Notes: a model not told the origin generated them from the sequence alone. A DNA stretch of 64,000 bases from an uncultured Chloroflexia bacterium (GCA_963710105.1 CAVPYV010000001.1:178370-242369), one strand, 5' to 3'. Positions 53,743 to 63,687 are shown, counted from the first letter of the stretch. A program made the numbers and translations.

Positions 53743-54733
53743 TCGCGACCGGGTTCACCGGCGAGCCAACGCCGCCCGTGATGGGCAACGGTGCCGCCGT
53801 CAGCAGGAAGTCGTACTGGCCGTCGGCGGCGCAGTCCGCGGCGAGGGCCTCGAGATCGAAGATCTCCCCGACCAGCAGGCCCATCGAGACGATCAGGATG
53901 ATGTGGAGCGGCTGGAACACGTCCTCGGTCTGATTCGGGAGGACCTCCATGCCCCACGTGTCGGTCGCCACGGCCGCGATCTCGCGATCGAAGATCCACG
54001 GTGCCGTGTCGAGGGCGAGCCCCGGCGCCGGGCCGCCGGCGTAGGCTCCCCAGCTGCCGGCCGCCCGGCACTGGCCGATCTGGCCGGTCCGGATCAGGAC
54101 GATGTCGCCGCGGCCGACGGTCACGCCCTGGGCCCGGGCGCAGGCCTCGAGGTCCGCGACGTGGATCTGGTCGCCGGGCTCGAGCCAGGGCACCCCCCGC
54201 GAGCGGGGGATGTCGAGCAGGACGCCGCGCCCGACGACCCGGTCGCGGGCGTTCGCGATGTCATTGAGGATCGCGCCCTTGCTGCCGACGGTCGTCGCGT
54301 CGTAGCCGTTGTAGATCCGATTCTCGAACACGATGTGGGCGAGCGAGTCCCACTGCGTGCCGGACTGGAGCGGCAGGATCAGGAGGTCGTCGGTGCCGCG
54401 GATCCAGCGGTCGCGGCCGCCGTAGAAGTCGCGGACGACGGTGCCGGTCGCGGCGGCGTTGCCGTCGCGGATCATCAGGTGGATCGGGTTGAACCGGCCG
54501 AACCCGCCGGTCTGCGGCCCGTTCTCGTCGAGCGGGATCGCCAGCGAGAAGGTGCGGCCGGTCCGGACGAGGCCCGCGGCCGCGCGGACCTCGCCCGGGC
54601 CGATGTGATTGAGCGTGCCCAGCTGGTCGTCCGCCCCCCAGCGACCCCAGTTCGAGCAGCGCTCGGCCAGCAGGCGGACGGTGTCGACCGTGGGGCTCTG
54701 CGGGATGGCGATCTCCCCTGCGACGATCGTCAT
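53735..54733 (-). CDS. Cyclase family metal-dependent hydrolase
   Basis: NWGRWGADDQLGTLN, GTQWDSLAH, GRGVLLD, GSPVNPVA. Confidence 0.9.
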   Translation of the reverse strand: MTIVAGEIAIPQSPTVDTVRLLAERCSNWGRWGADDQLGTLNHIGPGEVRAAAGLVRTGRTFSLAIPLDENGPQTGGFGRFNPIHLMIRDGNAAATGTVVRDFYGGRDRWIRGTDDLLILPLQSGTQWDSLAHIVFENRIYNGYDATTVGSKGAILNDIANARDRVVGRGVLLDIPRSRGVPWLEPGDQIHVADLEACARAQGVTVGRGDIVLIRTGQIGQCRAAGSWGAYAGGPAPGLALDTAPWIFDREIAAVATDTWGMEVLPNQTEDVFQPLHIILIVSMGLLVGEIFDLEALAADCAADGQYDFLLTAAPLPITGGVGSPVNPVAIK

Positions 54734-56523
54734 AGCTCGCGGACGCGCACCCGGTCGTAGCGCGTCACCGGCGCGATCGCCTCGCGGTCGATGACGGCGT
54801 CGATGATCGTCGGGCCGCGCCGCTGGAGGGCGTCGGCGAGGGCCTCGCTGAACCCTGCCGCGGTCGTCACCCGGACGCCGTTCGCGCCGAAGGCCCGGGC
54901 GACGAGGCCGTAGTCGACGTCGACGAAGTCGTTGACCTCGGGCACGACGTGCCCGTAGAGGAGCGTCTGGACGTGGGCCTCGAAGGCGAGCGTCTGGTTG
55001 TTGAGGATCACGACCACGACGGGCAGCTCGAGCCGGACCGCCGTCTCGATGTCGCCGACGTGGTAGCCAAACCCGCCGTCGCCGGTGATGCAGATCACCT
55101 GCCGGTCGGGCGCCGCCATCTGGGCGCCCATCGAGGCCGGGAAGGCCCAGCCGAGCGAGCCATCGGCCCGGAGGAAGTGCCGGCCGGCGCTCTTCACCTC
55201 GGCCAGGGCCCCGGACCACGCCGCGGCGTAGCCGGTGTCGGCGACGAGGATCGCGTCGTCGGCCATCTGGTCCTCGATCGCGGCCATGACGGCCTCCGGG
55301 CGCATCCGCTGCCCATCGCTGCCGTCGACCGCTGCAAGGGCGGCTCGGCGGCTCCGCCAGGCGCTCCGCTCGTCGGACAGCGCCGCCAGGTGGTCGGCCG
55401 CGCTCGTGGCCCGGTAGATCTCGTGCCGCTCGCTCGCGTCGAGCAGGGCGAGGAGAAACTCGCGAGCATCGGCGACGATCCCGAGCCGGGTCGGGAAGTT
55501 GAGCCCGATGACGGCGGGGTCGACGTTCACGTGGATCAGCTGCGCGTCCGGGTTGATCAGCCGGTACGAGTCGGTGACGAGGCCGCCGAGCTGCGTCCCG
55601 ATCGCCAGGATCACGTCGGCGTCGCGGAGCGCGGCGTTGGCGTAGTTGCGGGAGTAGCGGCCGACGCTGCCGAGCGCCAGCTCGTGCGTCTCGGCCAGGC
55701 TGCCCTTGCCGGCGCTGCTGGTCACGACCGGGATCCCGAGCCGCTCGGCGACCCGGCGGAGCGCGTCGTGCGCACCGGACTGGTGGATCCCGTTGCCGGC
55801 GAGGATGATCGGGCGATCCGCGGTCGCGAGGGCGAGCACGACGGCCTTCGCGTCGGCCGCGCTCGGCGCGGGCCGGTTGAGCGGCATCTGGAGCGGCTGC
55901 TCGAGCACGGCGGGCTCGTGGTAGTCGGCGATGTCCATTTCGAACAGGTCGCTGGCGATCCCGAGGTAGACCGGGCCGGGCGCCCCGCTGAGCGCGTGCC
56001 GGGCCGCCTCGCGGACGAGGCGCGGGACCTGGGTCGGGATCGTCGCCTCGACCCCCCACTTCGTGACCGACGCGAACATCGAGGGCTGGTCGAGCTCCTG
56101 GTACTCCTTGCGGGAGCGATCCGCCCGGCGCATCGCCGAGGTCATCGCGACGACCGGGCTGCCCGACCAGAACGGCTCCGCCATGCTCCCGGCGACGTTC
56201 GCCGCGCCCGGCCCGTAGGCGCCGTAGACGAAGCTCGGCCGGCCGCTGATCCGGGCGTACGCGTCGGCCATGTAGACGGCCGCCGACTCGGTTCGCGTCA
56301 GGACCTGGCGGATGCCCTCGGCCTGGAGGGCGATCCACAGCTTGTTGTCGCGGCCGGTCATCAGGAAGAAGTGCTCGACCCCGAGGGCCTTGAGCTCCCT
56401 GGCGATCGCGGCAGCCGCCGAGATCGGCGCGGGCGCCGGTTCGGCCGACTCGACGGGCGCGCTCGCGGGCGCCTCGAGGACCACCGACGCGGCGGGGTCG
56501 GTGGCACGCGGAACTGTGATCAC
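54730..56523 (-). CDS. Thiamine diphosphate-dependent enzyme (acetolactate synthase-like superfamily)
   Basis: RTESAAVYMADAYAR, GPGAAN, PGPVYL, GDGGFG...LNN. Confidence 0.9.
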   Translation of the reverse strand: MITVPRATDPAASVVLEAPASAPVESAEPAPAPISAAAAIARELKALGVEHFFLMTGRDNKLWIALQAEGIRQVLTRTESAAVYMADAYARISGRPSFVYGAYGPGAANVAGSMAEPFWSGSPVVAMTSAMRRADRSRKEYQELDQPSMFASVTKWGVEATIPTQVPRLVREAARHALSGAPGPVYLGIASDLFEMDIADYHEPAVLEQPLQMPLNRPAPSAADAKAVVLALATADRPIILAGNGIHQSGAHDALRRVAERLGIPVVTSSAGKGSLAETHELALGSVGRYSRNYANAALRDADVILAIGTQLGGLVTDSYRLINPDAQLIHVNVDPAVIGLNFPTRLGIVADAREFLLALLDASERHEIYRATSAADHLAALSDERSAWRSRRAALAAVDGSDGQRMRPEAVMAAIEDQMADDAILVADTGYAAAWSGALAEVKSAGRHFLRADGSLGWAFPASMGAQMAAPDRQVICITGDGGFGYHVGDIETAVRLELPVVVVILNNQTLAFEAHVQTLLYGHVVPEVNDFVDVDYGLVARAFGANGVRVTTAAGFSEALADALQRRGPTIIDAVIDREAIAPVTRYDRVRVREL

Positions 56524-56721
56524 GGATGAGCCCCCTCGGCGATGAAAGATGAGACCCCACTAGACCCGTCGGGGAGGGGCGCTGTCAATGGTCCCGGGCG
56601 CCTCCGCCAATGGTCCCGTTGCGTCGGGACAACGAGACCTCACCGGACCGCCCCACCGGCGCCTCGACACGGCCGCGCGGCAGGCTACCCTGCCCGTGGC
56701 CAACCACCGGGGAGGGAGCAG

Positions 56722-57708
56722 ATGGACGTCGAGATCGGGCGGGAACGATACGAGGTCGTCGACGGATTCTTTCGGCGTCCGAAGGGCTGGACGTTCGTCG
56801 AGGTCGCCGACGTCGGGATCGACGCCGACGACAACGTCTACGTGTTCTGCCGCGGCAGCCACCCGGTGATGATCTTCGACAAGGAGGGCCGGTTCCTCGA
56901 CGCGTGGGGCGAGATGAGCCACAACTTCTTCACGTTCCCCCACGGGCTCAGTGTCGGGATCGACGGCTTCATCTACACCGCCGACAGCCGCGACCACACC
57001 GTCCGCCGCTTCACCGCGGACGGCAAGCTCGTCCTGACCCTCGGCAACGCGAACCAGAACGCCCCGGCATTCAGCGGGACCCCCTTCAACCGGCCGACCC
57101 ACGCCACGGTCGCCTCGAACGGCGACATCTACGTCAGCGACGGCTATGGCAACGCCAGGATCCACTGCTTCGATCCGCAGGGCAACCTGAAGTTCTCGTG
57201 GGGCGCCCAAGGCAAGGGGCCGGGCGAGTTCAACACCGTCCACAGCGTGTTCATCGACCACGCCGATCACGACACGGTGTATGCCGCGGACCGCTACAAC
57301 AACCGCGTCCAGATCTTCACGCCGGCCGGCGAGTACCTCGGCGAGTGGGGCGGGCTGCGCCTGCCGCAGAGCGTCCGGAAGGGCCCGGACGGCTCGTTCT
57401 ACGTCGCCGAGCTGTCTCACCGGGTGACCGTCCTCGGTCCCGACGGCACGGTTCGCGCCCGCTGGGGCGACGGGGTCGAGGTCGACGACGCCCCGATCGG
57501 CGGCGTCGAGCTGTCCCTGCCCGACGCCCCGGCCCGCAACCCGATGGTCCGCGGCCGGGTCCGCAACGACCCGGGGCCCGGGCTGTTCTGCGCGCCCCAC
57601 GGGATCGCCGTGGACTCGACCGGCAGCTTCTACGTGGCCGAATCCTCGGAGTCGTGGATCGGGCTGGACCGCGGCAACCGGAGCATCCAGAAGTTCGTGC
57701 CGCGCTGA
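56722..57708 (+). CDS. NHL-repeat beta-propeller (PAL-like family)
   Basis: FPHGL, FNRPTH..GDIYVSDGYGNARIH, ADRYNNRVQIF, APHGIAVDS. Confidence 0.88.
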   Translation: MDVEIGRERYEVVDGFFRRPKGWTFVEVADVGIDADDNVYVFCRGSHPVMIFDKEGRFLDAWGEMSHNFFTFPHGLSVGIDGFIYTADSRDHTVRRFTADGKLVLTLGNANQNAPAFSGTPFNRPTHATVASNGDIYVSDGYGNARIHCFDPQGNLKFSWGAQGKGPGEFNTVHSVFIDHADHDTVYAADRYNNRVQIFTPAGEYLGEWGGLRLPQSVRKGPDGSFYVAELSHRVTVLGPDGTVRARWGDGVEVDDAPIGGVELSLPDAPARNPMVRGRVRNDPGPGLFCAPHGIAVDSTGSFYVAESSESWIGLDRGNRSIQKFVPR

Positions 57709-57726
57709 GCCCCGGTCGGCGTCCGT

Positions 57727-57746
57727 AGGGGGAAACCTTTCCCCCT
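57727..57746. promoter_or_regulatory. Perfect inverted repeat (operator or small hairpin)
   Basis: AGGGGGAAA-CC-TTTCCCCCT in the intergenic region. Confidence 0.45.
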
Positions 57747-57861
57747 CGTCAATGCCTCAGGAGTGTGTGACCGTTCGGGACCCGCTCGAACGGTCGGTGC
57801 ATCCCCTGCCGGGGCCGGCTCGAGATCCGGTCGCCGGGGCCGAACCGCACTCGGAGCGACC

Positions 57862-59103
57862 GTGACGATCCAACCGCAGCGACTCCTCGACGGCCCCGCC
57901 ATCGACGGGCGCCCGGAGCCGTTCGACGCCCATCTCGCCCGGCTCGGCGAGCTCCGCCCCCGCGAGGCGGCCCGCGACGTCGTGGAGGCCCTCGAGGCGA
58001 GCGGCCTGCGCGGGCGGGGCGGGGCGGGCTTCCCGACGGGCCGGAAATGGCGGGCGATGGCCGAACGGCGGGGCGGTTCGGCGGTCGTGGTCGCGAACGG
58101 CGCGGAAGGCGAGCCGGGGAGCTTCAAGGACCGGGTGCTCATGGCTCATCGGCCCCATCTCGTGATCGATGGGGCGATCCTGGCCGCCGAGGCGATCGGC
58201 GCGGACGAGATCGTCTTCTACGTCGGCGTCGAGCACGAGGCGGCGGCCCGGGCGATGCGCCGGGCCATCGAGGAGCGGGGCGCGCGCTTCGAGCGGCCGA
58301 TGCGGATCGCCGAGGCCCCGGTCGGCTACGTCGCCGGCGAGGCCTCGGCGGCCGTCCACTGGATCGACAGCGGCGACGCCCGCCCGACGACGACGCCGCC
58401 GCGCGTCTCGGAGCGCGGGATCGGCGGTCGCCCGACGCTCGTCCAGAACGTCGAGACGCTCGCGTCGACCGCGCTGATCGCGCGCTTCGGCGATGCCTGG
58501 TATCGCTCGGCGGGCCGGGCGGAGACCCGCGGGACCGCGCTCATCACGGTCAGCGGGGCCGACCAGGCTCCGACCGTCACGGAGGTCGAGATCGGGACCA
58601 CGATCGGCGAGATCGCGCGCGACGCTGGCGTCCGCGCCGAGGCGACCCGGGCGGTCATCGCCGGCGGCTACTTCGGGGCGTGGGCGCCGGCCGACGCCGT
58701 GTGGGACCTGCCCCTCGACCCGGTCGTCATGGCCGCGGCGGGCCTGGCCTTCGGGTGTGGCCTGGTCGGGTTCCTGCCGGCGGACGTCTGCGGCCTGGCC
58801 GCGACCGCGAAGATCATGGCGTTCATGGCCGATGAGAGCGTCGGTCAGTGCGGACCCTGCGTCCATGGCCTCCGGGCGATCGCGGATGCGACCGGCCGGC
58901 TTGCCGCTGGACGGGCGCGCGCGGACGATCTCGCCCGGGTCGAGCTGCTGGCCGCCCAGACGTCCGGCCGCGGCGCCTGCCACCACCCCGACGGCGCCGT
59001 CCAGCTCCTGACGAGCGCGTTCACCGTCTTCGGCGACGAGTTCACCCTGCACGCGGGCTCCGGGCAGTGCTCGGTCGGCGCGGCGCGGGTCGAGGCGGCT
59101 TGA
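57862..59103 (+). CDS. Stand-alone NuoF-like FMN/[4Fe-4S] protein
   Basis: SGLRGRGGAGFPTGRKW, NGAEGEPGSFKDR, YVAGE, QNVET, ESVGQCGPCVHG, GACHHPDG. Confidence 0.9.
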   Translation: MTIQPQRLLDGPAIDGRPEPFDAHLARLGELRPREAARDVVEALEASGLRGRGGAGFPTGRKWRAMAERRGGSAVVVANGAEGEPGSFKDRVLMAHRPHLVIDGAILAAEAIGADEIVFYVGVEHEAAARAMRRAIEERGARFERPMRIAEAPVGYVAGEASAAVHWIDSGDARPTTTPPRVSERGIGGRPTLVQNVETLASTALIARFGDAWYRSAGRAETRGTALITVSGADQAPTVTEVEIGTTIGEIARDAGVRAEATRAVIAGGYFGAWAPADAVWDLPLDPVVMAAAGLAFGCGLVGFLPADVCGLAATAKIMAFMADESVGQCGPCVHGLRAIADATGRLAAGRARADDLARVELLAAQTSGRGACHHPDGAVQLLTSAFTVFGDEFTLHAGSGQCSVGAARVEAA

Positions 59104-59104
59104 G

Positions 59105-59347
59105 ATGGACGCCCGCTTCCGCGTCGACTGGATCAAGTGCGACGGCTACGGCCTGTGCGGCGATCTCGTGCCCGACCTGATCGCGCTCGACGAGTGGCGC
59201 TACCCGATCGTGCTCCCGGGGCCGATCGAGCCGGGGCGGCTCCACGACGCGCAGCGGGCCGTCGACTGCTGCCCGATGAAGGCGTTGCGGCTCGACGCCA
59301 CGGGCGAGGCACGAGCCGTCGCCGACCGCGACCGCCGCACGGCCTGA
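59105..59347 (+). CDS. Mono-cluster ferredoxin (likely [3Fe-4S])
   Basis: CDGYGLC...CCP; 1 nt after the NuoF-like gene. Confidence 0.88.
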   Translation: MDARFRVDWIKCDGYGLCGDLVPDLIALDEWRYPIVLPGPIEPGRLHDAQRAVDCCPMKALRLDATGEARAVADRDRRTA

Positions 59348-59469
59348 GCCGCCGGGCGCCGCCCACCCAGGGCCGATCGGCCCAGACCTCGCGGCCCGCA
59401 TGGCCCTGCGCCGCGCCACCGGCGCATGCTCCAATGGGGGCACGGGCCGCCGTGCCCGCTGGAGGTTGA

Positions 59470-59661
59470 ATGGATCCCGCACCGATCGACGAGACGCCGC
59501 GCCCGGCGGACGCCGAGCCGACGCCTGAACCGGCTGCGGCCACGGCCGCGCCGGCGGGACGCCGGCTCCCGATCGGCGAGGACTGGCTGGCGACCCTTCT
59601 GGGCCTGGGCCTGGTCGCGCTCGTCCTGCTCGGGGTCGTGACGAAGGCGATCATCCCGTGA
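59470..59661 (+). CDS. Single-TM small protein partnered with the transporter
   Basis: GGAGG RBS; EDWLATLLGLGLV; GTGA overlap with the next gene. Confidence 0.7.
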   Translation: MDPAPIDETPRPADAEPTPEPAAATAAPAGRRLPIGEDWLATLLGLGLVALVLLGVVTKAIIP

Positions 59662-60806
59662 CTGGGGCGGCCGACCCGGCCCTGGCACCGGCTTCGATCC
59701 CGGCGCACACGACCGCCGCGACCCGTCCGAGCCTTCCGGCCTGGTTCCGGGCGACGCTCTCCCTGGGGATCGTCCTCGGCCTTGCCGGCCTCGTCCGCGT
59801 CCTCGACACGTCGATGCCGAAGTGGTTCGCCGGGGCGACCTGGGTCGGGTCGATCGAGTTTCCCGTCTACGCCATCGCCGTGGGGTTCGTGGCGGGGTCC
59901 GTCCTGGCCGCCCTCGGCTGGCGGCAGCATCTCGATCACGCGTTCCGGACCGAGCTCTTCATCAAGACCGGCCTCGTCCTGCTCGGGGCGTCGATCAACC
60001 TCGCGGTGATCGCCCGGGCGGCCGGCCCGTCGATCGTCCAGGCGACGATCCTGATCAGCACGATCTTCCTCGCCACCTGGTGGCTCGCCGGCGTGGCCGG
60101 CCTCGACCCGAAGCTGCGGGCGCTCCTGGCGGCGTCGGTCTCGATCTGCGGCGTCAGCGCGGCGATCGCGGCCGCCGGAGCGGTCGAGGCCCGCAAGGAG
60201 CAGCTGGCCTACGTGACGAGCCTGGTGATCCTCTTCGCCCTGCCGGCGATCTTCATCCAGCCCTGGCTGGCGGCCCAGCTCGGGCTGACGCCCGCCGTGG
60301 CCGGAGCCTGGATCGGCGGGAACATCGACACGACGGCCGCCGTGACCGCCGCCGGCACGATCGTCGGCGACGACGCGCTGAAGGTCGCCGCGATCGTGAA
60401 GCAGACCCAGAACGCGATGATGGGGATCGTCGCGTTCCTCCTGACCGTCTACTTCGTGACCCGGATCGAGCGGCGTCCCGGCGAGAAGGTCCGCTTCGGC
60501 GCCCTGTGGACGCGGTTCCCCAAGTTCATCCTCGGGTTCGTCATCGCCTCGGCCGCGGCGACCCTGTTCATCAACGGCGCGGCCGATCCCAAGGCCGCCG
60601 AGGCGACGGTCAAGCTCGCCGGCACCGACCTGCGCGTCTGGTTCTTCACCCTCGCCTTCGTGTCGATCGGCCTGGAGTTCCGGCTCGGCGCGATCCGCGA
60701 GGCGGGGATCCGCCCGATCGCCGTGTTCGCCGCGGCCACGGTCGCCAACCTGGTCGTCGCCCTCGGCCTCGCCTCGCTCCTGTTCCGCGACTTCCGGCTG
60801 GCCTGA
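59658..60806 (+). CDS. UPF0324/YeiH putative sulfate exporter family transporter
   Basis: IKTGLVLLG, SICGVSAAIA, GAWIG, RFPKFILGF, AFVSIGL. Confidence 0.88.
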   Translation: MTGAADPALAPASIPAHTTAATRPSLPAWFRATLSLGIVLGLAGLVRVLDTSMPKWFAGATWVGSIEFPVYAIAVGFVAGSVLAALGWRQHLDHAFRTELFIKTGLVLLGASINLAVIARAAGPSIVQATILISTIFLATWWLAGVAGLDPKLRALLAASVSICGVSAAIAAAGAVEARKEQLAYVTSLVILFALPAIFIQPWLAAQLGLTPAVAGAWIGGNIDTTAAVTAAGTIVGDDALKVAAIVKQTQNAMMGIVAFLLTVYFVTRIERRPGEKVRFGALWTRFPKFILGFVIASAAATLFINGAADPKAAEATVKLAGTDLRVWFFTLAFVSIGLEFRLGAIREAGIRPIAVFAAATVANLVVALGLASLLFRDFRLA

Positions 60807-60888
60807 TCGCGCCGTCTGCAACGTCGCCGCGATCCCGGCGGGGGCCCGGCAGCAGATGGCGGAGCGGTCCGGCTGGCACACTCCGCGG

Positions 60889-62562
60889 ATGGACCTCCAC
60901 TTCCTCGGTGGCGCGACCACCGTCACCGGCTCGCAGTACCTCCTCGAGACCGGCCGCGCCCGCGTCCTGATCGACTGCGGGATGTTCCAGGGCAGCCCGA
61001 ACGAGGCGATGCGCAATCGCGTCCCGCTCGCCTACGACCCGCGCACGCTCGACGTCATGCTCCTGACCCACGCCCACCTCGACCACTGCGGCCTGATCCC
61101 GCACGTCGTGAACGAGGGCTACCGCGGGCGAATCATCGCGACGAAGGGGACCTGCGAGCTGGCCGGGCTCGTCCTCCTCGACTCCGGCAAGCTCCAGCAG
61201 GAGTTCGCGAAGCGTGAGGCGCGCTGGGAGCGGAAGCACCCCGATCGGGCGGTCGAGGACGATCGCAAGGAACAGGCGCAGTACCAGGAGGCCCTCGATC
61301 TGGCGGCGGGCCGGATCTCCGCGCCACCCGTCCACGAGCGGGTCGACGATGCGCCGCCGCCGCTGGCCCGCGGCGCGGGCGACGCGTCCGGCGCCGGACT
61401 GCCCGACCTGCCCGACCTGACCCGCGGCGGCACGGTCGATGTCGAGGCCGATCTGCGGGCCCAGCCGGCAGCGGTCGACATCGACCTCGACGAGCCGCTC
61501 TACACCGCCGACGACGCCGAGGCGGCGATCCGGCAGTTCGAGGCAATCGGCTACGACGAGGAGCGCGAGGTTGCGCCGGGGGTCCACGCGACCTACCTCG
61601 ACGCGGGGCACATCCTCGGGTCCGCGATCATCCGCCTCCGGATCGAGGCCGGCGACGTCGGGCATGGCGGCCCCGAGCGCGAGACGACGATCGTGTTCTC
61701 GGGCGACCTCGGCCGGCCGGACACCCCGATCATCCGTGACCCGACGGTCCTCCGCGACGCCGACTACCTGCTGGTGGAGACGACCTACGGCGGACGCGAG
61801 CACGAGCCCCAGGACGAGGCGATCCGGATCCTGGCCGAGACCGTTCACATGGTCGCCGACGCCGGCGGGGTGCTCCTCGTCCCGTCGTTCGCGATCGGCC
61901 GGACCCAGGAGATCGTGTATGCCCTCGATCGGCTTCTCGAGGAGGGCAAGATCCCACAGCTGCCCCTCTACCTCGACTCGCCGATGGCGTCGAAGGCGTC
62001 CGACATCTACCGCCGCCATGCCGAATACTTCGACGAGGACGCGCGGCGGCTCCTTCAGGCCGGCGACTCGCCGCTCGACTACCCCGACCAGACCGAGACC
62101 CGCGACGTCCGCGATTCGCAGAAGATCGCCCGGGCCCAGCGGCCGTACATGATCGTGGCCTCCAACGGGATGCTCACCGGGGGTCGCGTGCTCGGCCATC
62201 TCCGGACCCTGATCGGAGATCCGGCGGCGACCCTCCTGTTCGTCGGCTACCAGGGCGAGGGCACGCTCGGCGCCCACCTCCAGGCGGGGGCGAAGGTCGT
62301 GAAGCTCGACGGCCAGGACCGCCAGGTTCGCTGCCGGATCCGCTCGATCAGCGGCTTCAGCGCCCACGCCGACGAGCCGGAGCTCCTCGCCTGGGTCGGC
62401 CACTTCGCGGAGGGCAAGACGGCCGGCGCGGCGGGGTTCCCCAAGACCGTTTTCCTCGTCCACGGCGACCCCGAGGCCCAGATCGCGATCGAGCCAAAGG
62501 TCCGCGCGCTCGGCTTCACGACGAAGATCCCGCGCTGGCGGGAGACGGTGACGCTGGACTAA
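60889..62562 (+). CDS. MBL-fold beta-CASP ribonuclease
   Basis: LIDCG, THAHLDHCG, AGHILGS, FSGD, ETTYG, FAIGR, FSAHAD, VHG. Confidence 0.93.
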   Translation: MDLHFLGGATTVTGSQYLLETGRARVLIDCGMFQGSPNEAMRNRVPLAYDPRTLDVMLLTHAHLDHCGLIPHVVNEGYRGRIIATKGTCELAGLVLLDSGKLQQEFAKREARWERKHPDRAVEDDRKEQAQYQEALDLAAGRISAPPVHERVDDAPPPLARGAGDASGAGLPDLPDLTRGGTVDVEADLRAQPAAVDIDLDEPLYTADDAEAAIRQFEAIGYDEEREVAPGVHATYLDAGHILGSAIIRLRIEAGDVGHGGPERETTIVFSGDLGRPDTPIIRDPTVLRDADYLLVETTYGGREHEPQDEAIRILAETVHMVADAGGVLLVPSFAIGRTQEIVYALDRLLEEGKIPQLPLYLDSPMASKASDIYRRHAEYFDEDARRLLQAGDSPLDYPDQTETRDVRDSQKIARAQRPYMIVASNGMLTGGRVLGHLRTLIGDPAATLLFVGYQGEGTLGAHLQAGAKVVKLDGQDRQVRCRIRSISGFSAHADEPELLAWVGHFAEGKTAGAAGFPKTVFLVHGDPEAQIAIEPKVRALGFTTKIPRWRETVTLD

Positions 62563-62624
62563 GGGGCGGCGGCGCCGCGGGCGCCGCGGGCGCCGGGCGC
62601 CAGGGCCGCGGGCGCCGGGTCAGC

Positions 62625-62995
62625 GGCGCCCGGCCCGGGCGGCTTGCCGCATATCGGATTCGCCGCCGGGGCGTTCGCGCCGGGCCAGGGGCGGGCGCCC
62701 GGCCCGGGCGGCTTGCCGCATATCGGGTTCGCCGCCGGGGCGTTCGCGCCGGGCCAGGGGCGGGCGCCCGGCCCGGGCGGCTTGCCGCATATCGGGTGCC
62801 GGGAGGTGCGGCAATTCGCCTCGGGTGGGCCGCGCCGGGCGGACCCGGGAAGCCCGGCCCTGGGCGGCTTGCCGCATACGGGGAGCCGGGTATGCGGCGA
62901 TTCGCCTCCGGTGGGCCGCGCCGGGCGGACCCGGGAAGCCCGGCCCTGGGCGGCTTGCCGCATACGGGGAGCCGGGTATGCGGCTATTCGCCTCG
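62625..62995. repeat. REP/BIME-like array of 69-bp and ~86-bp units sharing one core
   Basis: ggcggcttgccgcata at 62638, 62707, 62776, 62863 and 62949; later units form the hairpin gccgcatac..gtatgcggc. Confidence 0.9.
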
Positions 62996-63051
62996 GCTGG
63001 GCTCCCTCGGGCCGCCGACGCCAGCGCCGCCGACGCCGCCGCGGGCGCGGA

Positions 63052-63687
63052 TCAGGCCGCCCGCAGCTCCGGTTCGGGGCCCCGCCGCCAGTTGCCGAGC
63101 CAGATGATCGCCGCCGAGATCACGACGAACCCGATCGTCACCGCGATCGCGGTGATCAGGACCTGGCCGTAGCCGCCGTTCTTCGGGTCGAGGAACGGGT
63201 ACGGGTACCACTGGGCCGGATCCACGGCGCCGCGGACCATCGTGAGCGCGGTCCAGATCAACGGGTAGACGATCAGGACGCCGATGTCGCGCATCGCCAG
63301 CCGGGTCCGCGGCGAGTCGACGAGCCAGTCGACGACGACGATGATCGGGAAGATCTTGTGGAGGACGACGTCGACCCAGACGAGCTGGAGCTGCACGTCG
63401 ACGCCTGGCAGCAGGACGATCACGACGAAGAACGTCACCGTCAGGTAGACCGCGGCGCCGGCCCGGAGCAGCTCGACGCCCCGAGACCGCGGACCGTCCG
63501 GGCGGGCGACGAGCCAGGAGAACGCCGCAACCCCGATGAGGTTGCTCTGGATCGTGAAGAAGGCGAAGAACCGCGTCGCGTCGAAGGCGCCGGCGTCCGC
63601 GAGGACCTTCGCCTGGGCCACGATCGCGGCCAGGACCACGACGATCGACAGGGCGCGGACGATCCGCAGGACGGGCCAGGTCTCCAT
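63052..63687 (-). CDS. Pr6Pr / FAR-17a-AIG1-like membrane protein
   Basis: FFTIQSN, LH...P....DW, WYPYPFLDP. Confidence 0.85.
   Translation of the reverse strand: METWPVLRIVRALSIVVVLAAIVAQAKVLADAGAFDATRFFAFFTIQSNLIGVAAFSWLVARPDGPRSRGVELLRAGAAVYLTVTFFVVIVLLPGVDVQLQLVWVDVVLHKIFPIIVVVDWLVDSPRTRLAMRDIGVLIVYPLIWTALTMVRGAVDPAQWYPYPFLDPKNGGYGQVLITAIAVTIGFVVISAAIIWLGNWRRGPEPELRAA

Noticed and set aside
62625-62995. Possible CRISPR array
   Set aside because: Intervening sequences are duplicated rather than unique, unit lengths differ (69 versus ~86 bp), and no cas genes or AT-rich leader are present.
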